Assembly: GCA_045538555.1 (NCBI GenBank)
Contig: JAZSRP010000049.1
Coordinates: 65,476 to 129,475 of the forward strand
DNA length: 64,000 nt
Origin: Eubacteriales bacterium
GTDB taxonomy: Bacteria; Bacillota; Clostridia; Oscillospirales; CAG-382
Reading direction: 5' to 3'
The translations under genes and the position numbers were made by a program. The notes under the pieces were generated by a model. That model did not search any database. It was given only the letters and a program-made list of their open reading frames with translations, and had not been told where the DNA came from. This document shows positions 7,784-16,561 of the stretch, one piece after another. The number at the start of each line of letters is the position of its first letter. The stretch's first letter is position 1.

Positions 7784-8968
7784 TTATCTGCGTGTTCTGA
7801 CAACAACTGCAGCGCCTGCAACGGCAACAAGAGCGATGATTGCAAATACGATTGCATTGATTCCGTTGTCACCTGTGGGAGCAGCGGAGGTCTCGTCAGC
7901 GGGCTCGGAGGTCTCGTCAACGGGCTCGGAGGTCTCATCAACGGGATCGGAGGTCTCGTCAACGGGATCGGAAGTCTCATCGTCGCCGCCAAAATCGTGC
8001 TCAGCGGGGTAGAAAGAAACAACTGTGTCGCCGACAACAACAATGTCACCTGCGTTCATGCCGCGGAGCAGCCACTTGCAAGCGGAGAATGCGTCAGAAG
8101 GATCTGCACCGGGGGTAGCGATAGCCAGCAGGATCTCGTTGTCTTGCAGCTCAACGGTGCCGGTGTGTCCTGCGGGGTAGGGGTTGAGCATATTTTGGGT
8201 GATGGTGTAGGTGCCGTCGCCGTTATCCTCGGCAACAACGATCTGGGAGTTTTTGAAGAGCTTTCCGTTTTCGTTGTCAGAGAGGGTAAGAGCGCCGTCT
8301 GCTTTGGTAAAGATGCCGATGCCGGGATTGGGAACGGAGGATGCGGTATAAGCATACTCGGCATTGAGGTCAAGTGCATTGGCAGCATCTGCCTCAACAA
8401 CACCAAGCTCACCTGCAAAGAACCAACCGTTCTTGAAAGTGACGGTAGCTTTTACGTAACGAACGTTGTAAAAACCTCTGGAGGAGAAGTCAAGCTTCAG
8501 AGAAGCTGTCTTGAGCTCAGCAGCGTCTGCGGGGATGGAAACACTTCCGCCGCCGGCGAGAGAGTAGTAGCAATCGCCGTCCATAGAAGCCTCAAATCTG
8601 ATTGAAGTGGGAAGGTCGACCATGCTGTTGGTATCCTTGAAGAAGGACATGAAAACGCCTTTGATGGGCTTGTTCTCACCGAGGTCGAGAACAAACTCAA
8701 CGGTTGCCTCAACAGCGGCATCAACACCGTCTGTGTGAGTAAAACCGGTGTTTTCAAATGCAACAAGACCTGCATCGGAAAAAGCGGTTGCGCCGGAAGC
8801 GTCGTTGCCGTCGCAGAGGAGCCCCAGCTTGTCAGTAAGGATATTTACTGAACCGTCGGTCACGGTTGCGGTAACAGTAGCGTCTGCCGCACCTGCTGCA
8901 AAAGCGCAGAAGGAAAGAACCATGACAGCAACAAGAACAGCCGCAAGGGATTTCTTAAATGTGCTCAT
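7784..8968 (-). CDS. secreted surface protein, paralogous C-terminal linker and sorting tail
   Basis: Signal peptide (FAAGAADA), (DETS[DE]PV)n linker, then the tail AAPTGDNG, a hydrophobic helix and RTRR that is nearly identical to the tail of 6756..7559. Confidence 0.8.
   Translation of the reverse strand: MSTFKKSLAAVLVAVMVLSFCAFAAGAADATVTATVTDGSVNILTDKLGLLCDGNDASGATAFSDAGLVAFENTGFTHTDGVDAAVEATVEFVLDLGENKPIKGVFMSFFKDTNSMVDLPTSIRFEASMDGDCYYSLAGGGSVSIPADAAELKTASLKLDFSSRGFYNVRYVKATVTFKNGWFFAGELGVVEADAANALDLNAEYAYTASSVPNPGIGIFTKADGALTLSDNENGKLFKNSQIVVAEDNGDGTYTITQNMLNPYPAGHTGTVELQDNEILLAIATPGADPSDAFSACKWLLRGMNAGDIVVVGDTVVSFYPAEHDFGGDDETSDPVDETSDPVDETSEPVDETSEPADETSAAPTGDNGINAIVFAIIALVAVAGAAVVVRTRR
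7901..7984. repeat. 4 x 21-bp in-frame tandem repeat (encodes DETS[DE]PV)
   Basis: GGG(C/A)TCGGAGGTCTC(G/A)TCAAC units lie head to tail. Confidence 0.9.
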
Positions 8969-9156
8969 GTGAAGATACTCCTTATAAATTATTTGTATAG
9001 ACCTGTTCTATTTATAACATACAATGTACTTGTGTGTCAAGATGTGTCAGGAAAAAATTGTTGATATTGCCGAAATATAAAAACACAGCACTTTAAACGA
9101 TGCATTTTTTTTAAAATAACGTCGTCAAAACAATTCTTGGAAATTTGATTTATAGG

Positions 9157-9185
9157 TTGAAAATATAAAAACTTTGTAGTATAAT
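9157..9185 (+). promoter_or_regulatory. sigma-70-like promoter
   Basis: TTGAAA (9157-9162), 17 nt, TATAAT (9180-9185). Confidence 0.5.
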
Positions 9186-9265
9186 GTTCCCCAAGGGGAA
9201 AAAATTATTCTTTCCCCGGATCATACAAAAATTTTTGAAAAGCAATACAAGGAGGTTCTGCTGCC

Positions 9266-10627
9266 ATGAGACGTTTGTTGGCATTGTTTGCGGCGTGTAT
9301 TCTTGTTTTTTGTGCAACCGTTACGGTCACCCCTGCGGCCGAAGCACAGACCGCTTACGATGCGATCGTTGAGGGAATTTTGAATTGCGAGAGCTCCATT
9401 GATATTTCAAGGTTCAAGATCTCCACAGGTGATATCCGCGCTCTTTTTCAAAAAATGCTTTACAACGAGCCCGATCTTTTTCATGTACAGACCGGCTATT
9501 CCTACACACACCTTGGTGGCAATGTGGTGGAATTCCGTCCCAAATACGAGATGACAAAAGAGGACTATATCCAGGCGCGCGTTTTTTGCGACAAAGAAAT
9601 CCAAAAGATTCTTTCCCTTGCTCCCGCGGAGCTGACTGATATTCAAAAGGCACTGTTTTTTCATGATTACATATGCCTCAATTATGAGTATGACATGACC
9701 TACACAAACCATGATATGTACTCAATGCTCCGTGACAAAAAAGGTGTTTGTATGTCGTATGCGTTGCTGTACGATATGCTCTTGCAAAAAAACGGTATTG
9801 ACTCGGTTGCGGTTGTCAGCACCACCATCAACCATATGTGGAACGCTATTGAACTTGATGGCGAGTATTATCATGTTGACACCACCTGGGATGATCCCGT
9901 CAACGACAAGTTTGGCAGAGCAAAACACAGCTTTTTCCTCCTGAGCGACGAGGCAATGGCTGCCACAGACCATGGCGTTTTTGAGAACGTAGGTGCTTCC
10001 GACGATCGCTATGATGGACATGAATGGCACCAGTCTGCAAGTGAGTTTGCTTTTGTCAACGGCAAGATCTATTATCTTTATGAAAAGAACGTCAAAGAAA
10101 CCAGTCTTGATTCGTCCCAATCTACCACCTGCTATACCATAGGTGACAAATGGTACGTTTGGGGCAAAACCTCGTGGTGGACCGGTTCTTACAGCGGGCT
10201 TGGATTCTTCAAGAATCAGCTGATACTCAACTCTCCCACAGAGATCTACGCTGTGGATCCGAGCACGGGCAAAAAGACAACTCTTCTCAAGCCCGATGTT
10301 TCAAAGGGATATGTATACGGTCTGTTTGTTTATGGCGACACAGTTCACTACATCATTTCCGAGAGTTATGATTATGCGGTGTCCTCTGTTCACACCGCCA
10401 AGCTGGATTTTGATCCTTCTGTTGATACCGGCACCAAGGGCGATATCAGCGGCAACGGAGGTATTGACAGCTCGGATTATATAATGAGCAAACGGTACGT
10501 CCTGGGCACCTTTGCTTTGGACGAGGTGCAGATAAAAATGGGTGACGTAAACAACGACGGTTCACTCAACGCCACGGATTACTTGATGCTCAAGAGACAC
10601 GTTCTGGGCACCTACGTTATCGGTTGA
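9266..10627 (+). CDS. secreted transglutaminase-like (Cys-His-Asp) protein with C-terminal type I dockerin
   Basis: Signal peptide. Triad candidates are GVCMSYA, NHMWN and VDTTWDD. The C-terminus has two dockerin repeats, GDISGNGGIDSSDYIMSKRYVLG and GDVNNDGSLNATDYLMLKRHVLG. Confidence 0.85.
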   Translation: MRRLLALFAACILVFCATVTVTPAAEAQTAYDAIVEGILNCESSIDISRFKISTGDIRALFQKMLYNEPDLFHVQTGYSYTHLGGNVVEFRPKYEMTKEDYIQARVFCDKEIQKILSLAPAELTDIQKALFFHDYICLNYEYDMTYTNHDMYSMLRDKKGVCMSYALLYDMLLQKNGIDSVAVVSTTINHMWNAIELDGEYYHVDTTWDDPVNDKFGRAKHSFFLLSDEAMAATDHGVFENVGASDDRYDGHEWHQSASEFAFVNGKIYYLYEKNVKETSLDSSQSTTCYTIGDKWYVWGKTSWWTGSYSGLGFFKNQLILNSPTEIYAVDPSTGKKTTLLKPDVSKGYVYGLFVYGDTVHYIISESYDYAVSSVHTAKLDFDPSVDTGTKGDISGNGGIDSSDYIMSKRYVLGTFALDEVQIKMGDVNNDGSLNATDYLMLKRHVLGTYVIG

Positions 10628-10690
10628 ATCAAACATAAATACAACGAAAATGCAGGTACATCCTGCATTTTCACGTTAGAAGGTTTTTTT

Positions 10691-11341
10691 GTGAAAGAAC
10701 TCTTGTCAAAAAGTCCGCTTTTTTCCGGTCTTTCGGATGCGGAGCAGCATCAGGCGCTGGATCTGATGCAAGGTATGAAAAAAGAATACAAAAAGGGTGA
10801 TTATCTCCGCTTGACGGGAGAAAAGTCCACAAAATTCGGCTTTGTTTTGCGCGGAACCCTGCAGGTGTGCTGTGATGATATTGACGGAAACGTTATGATC
10901 ATGGCAACAGTGTCGCAGGGCGATACGTTTGGTGAGTCTTTGTGCTATCTGGCGGTGTCGGAGTCACCGGTGTATATTCGATCTTTTTCGGATTCCTGTG
11001 TGCTGTGGCTCTCCACAGAGGGACTTGGGGATTGCAAGAATCCGCTGTCCGTGGAGCTTTTGCGGCGGTTTTCGGCAATGCTTGCCGCAAGAGCGCTCAA
11101 TATGAACGACAGGATCCAGATTTTGTCCAAGCCCACTATCCGTGAAAAGCTCACTGCGTTTTTTACTCAATGTGAGCGTAATTTCGGCAGCAATATCTTT
11201 TCGGTCCCTTTTGACCGTGAGAGCATGGCGGCGTATCTTGGCACAAACCGCTCCGCACTCTCCCGTGAGCTGTCCAATATGCAAAAAGAGGGAAGGATCA
11301 CTTTTTACAAAAATACTTTCAAAATCATCATAAAAGAATAA
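10691..11341 (+). CDS. Crp/Fnr family transcriptional regulator
   Basis: GTG start. cNMP-binding-like N-terminal domain (LFSGLSD...GDTFGE) and a C-terminal HTH (MAAYLGTNRSALSRELSNMQKEG). Confidence 0.85.
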   Translation: MKELLSKSPLFSGLSDAEQHQALDLMQGMKKEYKKGDYLRLTGEKSTKFGFVLRGTLQVCCDDIDGNVMIMATVSQGDTFGESLCYLAVSESPVYIRSFSDSCVLWLSTEGLGDCKNPLSVELLRRFSAMLAARALNMNDRIQILSKPTIREKLTAFFTQCERNFGSNIFSVPFDRESMAAYLGTNRSALSRELSNMQKEGRITFYKNTFKIIIKE

Positions 11342-11369
11342 TCTTTTGTTGCAAATGCAACGAAAAACA

Positions 11370-11421
11370 CCTCCGGTTTGGTTTATAATACTTATGTAAA
11401 AAGCCAAACAGGAGGTTTTTT
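11370..11421 (+). promoter_or_regulatory. terminator-like hairpin whose 3' arm contains the Shine-Dalgarno of the next gene
   Basis: CCTCCGGTTTGG (11370-11381) pairs with CCAAACAGGAGG (11404-11415) with 1 mismatch, followed by TTTTTT. The ATG is at 11425. Confidence 0.4.
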
Positions 11422-11424
11422 GTT

Positions 11425-12462
11425 ATGAAAACAAAAAATATTGTTGCATTGCTGTTGATTCTCATGCTGGGGCTGACGTTTTTTGCGTCCTGCCAAAACG
11501 ATACCGCAGACGTATCTTCTGCTGTGTCCGATGCGGGAGTTTCTGATGAAACTTCGATTGAGGAAAAACCCGAAAAAATCAGAATTGCGGGACTCAAGGG
11601 CCCCACTTCCATGGGACTTGTAAAAGTTATCAAGGATGATTCGGCCGGAGCTACTGCCAATGATTATGAATTTACTGTTGCGGGATCAGCCGACGAGATC
11701 ACCCCAAAGCTTGTTCAGGGTGAGTTTGACATCGCCGCCGTGCCCGTAAACCTTGCGTCAGTGCTGTACAACAAGACCGGCGGAAAAATCAAGCTTCTTG
11801 CGGTCAATACTCTGGGAGTGCTGTATATCACCGAAAAAGGAGATTCCGTCAGCTCTGTGGCAGACCTGAAGGGAAAGACGATTTATGCGACGGGCAAGGG
11901 ATCAACTCCCGAATATAATCTGCGGTATATTCTTTCTCAAAACGGAATCGATCCCGATGCCGATGTGACCATCGAGTGGAAAACTCAACCCGATGAGGTG
12001 GTGGCAATACTTGCAGGGGCAGAATCCGGAATCGCAATGCTTCCTCAACCCTATGTGACAGTTGCAAAGGGAAAGGTGGAGGGACTGCGTGTTGCTATAG
12101 ACCTCAACGAAGAATGGAAAAAGCTGCAGAACGACAGCATGCTCATCACCGGAGTTCTTGTGGTGAGGGAAGAATTTGCCGCAAAGTATCCCGAGGCGGT
12201 CAAAGCATTTCTTTCGGAATACAAGGCAAGTATTGAATATGTAAATGCCAATGTAAAGGAAGCGTCCGTGCTGGTGGAGGAGGCAGGAATCGTAAAAGCC
12301 GCCGTTGCGGAAAAAGCAATCCCTCAGTGCAACATCGTATATATTGCGGGCGAGGAAATGAAAGCCCCCGTCAACGGCTATCTTGAGGTACTTTTTGCAG
12401 AAAAAACCGAGTCTGTGGGTGGAAAGCTGCCCGAGGCGGATTTCTTCTATGATGCGGAATAA
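11425..12462 (+). CDS. ABC transporter substrate-binding lipoprotein (NitT/TauT / NMT1-like family)
   Basis: Lipobox FFASC. Periplasmic-binding fold sequence. First gene of a binding-protein, permease, ATPase operon. Confidence 0.8.
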   Translation: MKTKNIVALLLILMLGLTFFASCQNDTADVSSAVSDAGVSDETSIEEKPEKIRIAGLKGPTSMGLVKVIKDDSAGATANDYEFTVAGSADEITPKLVQGEFDIAAVPVNLASVLYNKTGGKIKLLAVNTLGVLYITEKGDSVSSVADLKGKTIYATGKGSTPEYNLRYILSQNGIDPDADVTIEWKTQPDEVVAILAGAESGIAMLPQPYVTVAKGKVEGLRVAIDLNEEWKKLQNDSMLITGVLVVREEFAAKYPEAVKAFLSEYKASIEYVNANVKEASVLVEEAGIVKAAVAEKAIPQCNIVYIAGEEMKAPVNGYLEVLFAEKTESVGGKLPEADFFYDAE

Positions 12463-13201
12463 CCGAATATTCAAGATATTTTCGGCTCTCCTTGCCATTG
12501 GAGTGTGGCAGCTTGTATCCGTTGCGGTAGATTCGGCGCTGCTTTTGGCATCTCCCTTTGACGTGGCGATGCGCCTGCTGGTGATATGGAGGGAACCGGG
12601 CTTTTTCCATGCACTGTTTTTTACGTTTTCTCGAATAATCGGCGGTTTTCTTTTGGGATTGCTGGCAGGTACGGTCCTTGCTCTCCTTGCCGGGAGATGG
12701 AAGGCGGCTGAGTATCTGTTCATGCCCTATATGCTTACCGTAAAATCAATCCCCGTGGCGTCTTTTGTGGTGATCGCTCTTATTTGGCTTTCGTCAAAAA
12801 CGCTGTCGGTGTTTATATCTTTCCTTATCGTTTTGCCCATAGTGTATTCAAACCTGTTGGCAGGACTGAAAAACGAGGACAATACGCTGGTGGAAATGGC
12901 CCGGGTGTTTCGTGTACCTTACCGTAGACGGCTTTTGTATATCCGTCTGCCGCAGATACGCCCTTTTGTCACCTCTGCTTGCTCTGTTTCGTGCGGACTT
13001 GCGTGGAAATCGGGCATCGCCGCAGAGATAATCGGTATTCCCGACGGCTCGGTGGGGGAGATGCTGTATTATTCAAGAGTGTATTTTGATACCGAAGGAT
13101 TGTTTGCCTGGACTCTCATCATAGTTCTTTTGAGCGTGGGGTTTGAAAAAATATTCCTGTGGTTGCTCAATTTGATTCTGAACAGGACGGAAAAGCTGTG
13201 A
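12449..13201 (+). CDS. ABC transporter permease (NitT/TauT type)
   Basis: Trimmed to MMRNNRIFKIF. About 6 TM helices. Overlaps the stop of the upstream gene. Confidence 0.8.
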   Translation: MMRNNRIFKIFSALLAIGVWQLVSVAVDSALLLASPFDVAMRLLVIWREPGFFHALFFTFSRIIGGFLLGLLAGTVLALLAGRWKAAEYLFMPYMLTVKSIPVASFVVIALIWLSSKTLSVFISFLIVLPIVYSNLLAGLKNEDNTLVEMARVFRVPYRRRLLYIRLPQIRPFVTSACSVSCGLAWKSGIAAEIIGIPDGSVGEMLYYSRVYFDTEGLFAWTLIIVLLSVGFEKIFLWLLNLILNRTEKL

Positions 13202-13779
13202 TAAAGATCAAAAATGTTTCAAAAAAATTTGACGCCCGCCCGGTGATTGACGGTTTTTGCTGTGAGATTGCCGAGGGCGAACGAGTTTGCTTCATGGGTC
13301 CGTCGGGCTGCGGAAAGACCACGCTTTTGAGAATATTGCTTGGTCTTCTTCTGCCTGATGCGGGTTCTGTGGAGGGGCTCCCCGATGATCTGTCAGTGGT
13401 TTTTCAGGAGGATCGGCTCTGTGAGTCGCTGACACCGCTTGCAAATATTCGGCTGGTGACAGGTGCAAAAAAAGGAGATTCTGCAACAGCAACGCATCTT
13501 GTGGGGCTTGGGCTTGGTGATTCTTTGGAAAAAAAAGTGTCAGATCTGTCGGGCGGCATGAAGCGAAGGGTGTCCATTGCAAGAGCGCTGTCTGTGCCGC
13601 ATTCGCTGCTGATACTTGACGAGCCGTTCAAAGGGCTTGACGTTGAAACAAAAAAGCAAACCGTTGAGTATATTTTGAAAAACTCACCGTTATCCACCGT
13701 GATTGCGGTGACTCACGACCCTGAGGATGCCTACCTTTTGGGAGCACGCACCGTGGTTCTCAAAAAAGCTGAAGAATAG
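13198..13779 (+). CDS. ABC transporter ATP-binding protein
   Basis: GTG at 13198 overlaps the permease stop and gives VIKIKNVSKKF. Walker A GPSGCGKTT, signature LSGGMKRR, Walker B LLILDEP. An ATG at 13159 is the alternative start. Confidence 0.85.
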   Translation: MIKIKNVSKKFDARPVIDGFCCEIAEGERVCFMGPSGCGKTTLLRILLGLLLPDAGSVEGLPDDLSVVFQEDRLCESLTPLANIRLVTGAKKGDSATATHLVGLGLGDSLEKKVSDLSGGMKRRVSIARALSVPHSLLILDEPFKGLDVETKKQTVEYILKNSPLSTVIAVTHDPEDAYLLGARTVVLKKAEE

Positions 13780-13800
13780 ATAAGAACAGAATAATTCAAA

Positions 13801-13843
13801 ACAAAAAGCAGAACGAAAAGGTTCCGTTCTGCTTTGTTTTTTT
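13801..13843. terminator. bidirectional intrinsic terminator
   Basis: AGCAGAACG (13807-13815) pairs with CGTTCTGCT (13825-13833), with an A-run before and a T-run after. Confidence 0.8.
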
Positions 13844-13850
13844 GCGGGAA

Positions 13851-14534
13851 TTATTTGCCGAGAATGATCTTTGTCAGCTCTACGGGAGGGACGATCTTTC
13901 CGTCCTTGTAGACTCTCATGTTGCCGCTGGCAATTTCGTCAATGAGAATAACCTCGCCGTTGTTGTAACCAAACTCAAATTTGATATCCCAGAGCTCAAG
14001 TCCTTTTTCTGCCAGATCGTCGGCAACGATCTTGGTGATGAGCTTGGTCTGCTCCTTCATGGACTCGTACATGGCGGTGTCCATAACACCCAGAGCGGCA
14101 AGAGCATCGCAGGTAACCAGAGGGTCGCCTCTGTCATCATCCTTAAACGTGGTCTCCACGTATCCGCCCTCCAGAGGAGTGCCGTCCTTGATGTAGTCGC
14201 CGTATCTGCGGTTGAAGCTGCCTGTGGCGACCAGACGGCAAATGACCTCAAGCCCCTTGCCGAATACCGTTGCGGGAAGAACCTCCATGGTGGCGTTCTC
14301 AATGTCGGCAGAAACGTAGTGAGTTTTTACGCCTTTGCTTTTCAAAAGCTCAAAATAACCCACGGATACCTCAAGGTTTGCTTTGCCGATGCCGTCGATG
14401 GTGAGTCCCACTGCGTTGGAGCCGGGGTCAAAAACGCCGTCCTCGCCGGTGCAGTCGTCCTTGAATTTGAGCATTACGTTTCCGTTGTCCAGCTTATAAA
14501 CGTCTTTTGTTTTGCCTGTATAGATCTTTTCCAT
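13851..14534 (-). CDS. purC: phosphoribosylaminoimidazole-succinocarboxamide (SAICAR) synthase
   Basis: Trimmed to [15 protein letters not shown]. This is a typical PurC N-terminus and length. Confidence 0.93.
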   Translation of the reverse strand: MEKIYTGKTKDVYKLDNGNVMLKFKDDCTGEDGVFDPGSNAVGLTIDGIGKANLEVSVGYFELLKSKGVKTHYVSADIENATMEVLPATVFGKGLEVICRLVATGSFNRRYGDYIKDGTPLEGGYVETTFKDDDRGDPLVTCDALAALGVMDTAMYESMKEQTKLITKIVADDLAEKGLELWDIKFEFGYNNGEVILIDEIASGNMRVYKDGKIVPPVELTKIILGK

Positions 14535-14563
14535 ATCAACACAACCTTTCACTTTATCAATTA

Positions 14564-14592
14564 ATTATACCCAAACGCTCAAGAAATGTCAA
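14564..14592 (-). promoter_or_regulatory. consensus sigma-70 promoter for purC
   Basis: Minus strand: TTGACA (14592-14587), 17 nt, TATAAT (14569-14564). Confidence 0.6.
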
Positions 14593-14652
14593 TAGATTTG
14601 ACTTATTTTGACTTATATAATTTGATTCATATAAAATGAAAATATCAAAACA

Positions 14653-15693
14653 TCAGATATCCAAAATGTATGCCAACAGCAGGTTGCTTGTATTTTTCAA
14701 ACCGTCAATGTGTGTGCGTTCCATGCCGTGGCTGCAATAAACTGCCATACCAAAAGCGGCAGCTCTGATATTGTTGCCGGCTCTCATGGCAGCGTTGGCA
14801 TCGGTGGAGTAGTGATAAAAAACGTCAACTGCGTATTTGCAACCGGCTTTTTTTGCGTATTCCACCATCCGCGTGGTGAGATCAAAATCATATGGCGCAG
14901 CATTGTCCTTTGCACAGATAGAAACTCCGTATTCGTCACCGTCACAATCGGGACCGATGAGCCCAATGTCTATGGCAACGTATTCGGATACGTTTTCGGG
15001 CACGTATGTGCCTCCCAATCCGATCTCCTCGCCGAAAGGAAAGGCAAAAACGGTGTCAAACTTGGGCTTGAGCCCGTTTTCTTTCATGTATTTGATAGCT
15101 GCAAAGCAGCACGCCATACCTGCCTTGTCGTCAATAAATCTGGATTTTACGTAACCGTTGTCTGTCAACTGAAAACGGGGGTCGATAGAAACAAAATCTC
15201 CGTTGCGGATACCCAGCTTGTTTACGTCTTCTTTTGATTTTACGGGCTGGTCAAGAATGATGACCATTGTGTTTTCGGTACGCTCCAGTGTGCGTGCATC
15301 GTCAAATACATGGACGGAATGGGATTGGCAGGCAAAGAGTCCGGTGTATTCCCTTCCGTCTCTGGTATGGACGGTAACCGTTTCTCCCTCGATGCTGTGG
15401 TAGTTGATGCCGCCAAGCTGTCTCACTCTGATTTTTCCGTCGGGATCGATGCGCCTGACGATCAATCCGATTGTGTCTGCGTGAGCACCTACAATAACTG
15501 TTTTTGAGTGATCCTTCCCCTCAACGGTGATATAAGCTGTGGATTTATTGTCATACGAAACGTCATATCCCAGCTCTCCTGCCTTTTTTTCGATGACGGG
15601 TTTGAGCTTGGTGTAAAACCCCACGGGGCTGGGGGTATCCAAAATCTCTCTGAAACAATCAAGAGTGTATTTCATATCAGTCTGAAAAACCAT
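14653..15693 (-). CDS. M42 family metallopeptidase (glutamyl aminopeptidase / FrvX-like)
   Basis: 346 aa with GAHADTIG, DDKAGMAC and FGEEIGLGG motifs. Confidence 0.88.
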   Translation of the reverse strand: MVFQTDMKYTLDCFREILDTPSPVGFYTKLKPVIEKKAGELGYDVSYDNKSTAYITVEGKDHSKTVIVGAHADTIGLIVRRIDPDGKIRVRQLGGINYHSIEGETVTVHTRDGREYTGLFACQSHSVHVFDDARTLERTENTMVIILDQPVKSKEDVNKLGIRNGDFVSIDPRFQLTDNGYVKSRFIDDKAGMACCFAAIKYMKENGLKPKFDTVFAFPFGEEIGLGGTYVPENVSEYVAIDIGLIGPDCDGDEYGVSICAKDNAAPYDFDLTTRMVEYAKKAGCKYAVDVFYHYSTDANAAMRAGNNIRAAAFGMAVYCSHGMERTHIDGLKNTSNLLLAYILDI

Positions 15694-15793
15694 GGTTCCG
15701 CTCCTTGAAAAATGTTTTTATCATTATACCACACAAAAACCGGTTGTCACCAATTTTTTTGAAAAAATGTAAAAAAATGCTGTTGCTCTGTCG

Positions 15794-15822
15794 TTGACAG
15801 AAAAAGGCCTGTGTGCTAAAAT
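15794..15822 (+). promoter_or_regulatory. sigma-70-like promoter
   Basis: TTGACA (15794-15799), 17 nt, TAAAAT (15817-15822). Confidence 0.6.
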
Positions 15823-15853
15823 GTGTAAAAAGACATTTTGGAGGCATTTTTGT

Positions 15854-16561
15854 ATGCTGAGAATAGAAAATCTTACAAAAAGCTATGGGGATAAAAAAGC
15901 CGTTGACGGGCTTTCACTGCATATAAAAGGCGGTGAAATATTTGGATTTATCGGACACAACGGGGCAGGAAAGACCACCACTCTCAAAAGTGTCTGCGGT
16001 GTTTTGAAATTTGATGAAGGAGAGATATACATTGACGGAATCTCTCTCAAAAAGGACCCCATTTCCTGCAAGTCCCGAATTGCGTATATTCCCGACAATC
16101 CGGATCTGTATGATTTTATGACGGGTATCAAATATCTCAATTTTATCGCAGATGTTTTTTGTGTTTCTTCTGCTGACAGGACTGAGAGGATAAAAAGATA
16201 CGGCGATCTTTTCAATTTGACACAAGATCTTGCCGCTCCTATCTCGACCTATTCTCACGGAATGAAGCAAAAACTTGCTGTTATTTCTGCGCTTATACAC
16301 GAACCAAAGCTTTTGATAATGGACGAACCCTTTGTGGGCCTTGATCCAAAGGCGTCTCACGACCTAAAACAGCTGATGCGCGGGATCTGTGACGATGGCA
16401 AAGCCATCTTTTTCTCCACTCACGTTCTTGAGGTTGCTGAGAAACTGTGTGACAAGGTGGCCATCATAAAGGACGGAAGATTGGTAAAAACCGGAACCGT
16501 TGAAGAGGTGATAGGCGACACCTCTCTTGAGTCGGTGTTCCTTGAGCTGGGGGCAGACTGA
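15854..16561 (+). CDS. ABC transporter ATP-binding protein (ABC-2 exporter type)
   Basis: Trimmed to MLRIENLTKSYG with GGAGG upstream. Walker A GHNGAGKTT and Walker B LLIMDEP. Confidence 0.9.
   Translation: MLRIENLTKSYGDKKAVDGLSLHIKGGEIFGFIGHNGAGKTTTLKSVCGVLKFDEGEIYIDGISLKKDPISCKSRIAYIPDNPDLYDFMTGIKYLNFIADVFCVSSADRTERIKRYGDLFNLTQDLAAPISTYSHGMKQKLAVISALIHEPKLLIMDEPFVGLDPKASHDLKQLMRGICDDGKAIFFSTHVLEVAEKLCDKVAIIKDGRLVKTGTVEEVIGDTSLESVFLELGAD

Noticed and set aside
6897-7984. CRISPR-like array
   Set aside because: The repeats are contiguous with no spacers, are in frame, and lie inside coding sequences. No CRISPR array or cas gene is seen anywhere in the window.
7712-8605. 297-aa plus-strand ORF, and 92-120-aa ORFs in other frames, over the surface-protein gene
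   Set aside because: They are antisense or out-of-frame shadows of 7784..8968. The Gly/Ser/Val-rich repeats simply mirror the acidic repeat region.
11902-12723. 273-aa minus-strand ORF
   Set aside because: It is antisense to the ABC binding-protein and permease genes. Its basic, low-complexity composition is typical of a shadow ORF.
13842-14564. 240-aa plus-strand ORF
   Set aside because: It is an exact antisense shadow of purC, which has a clear family match, an RBS and a consensus promoter.
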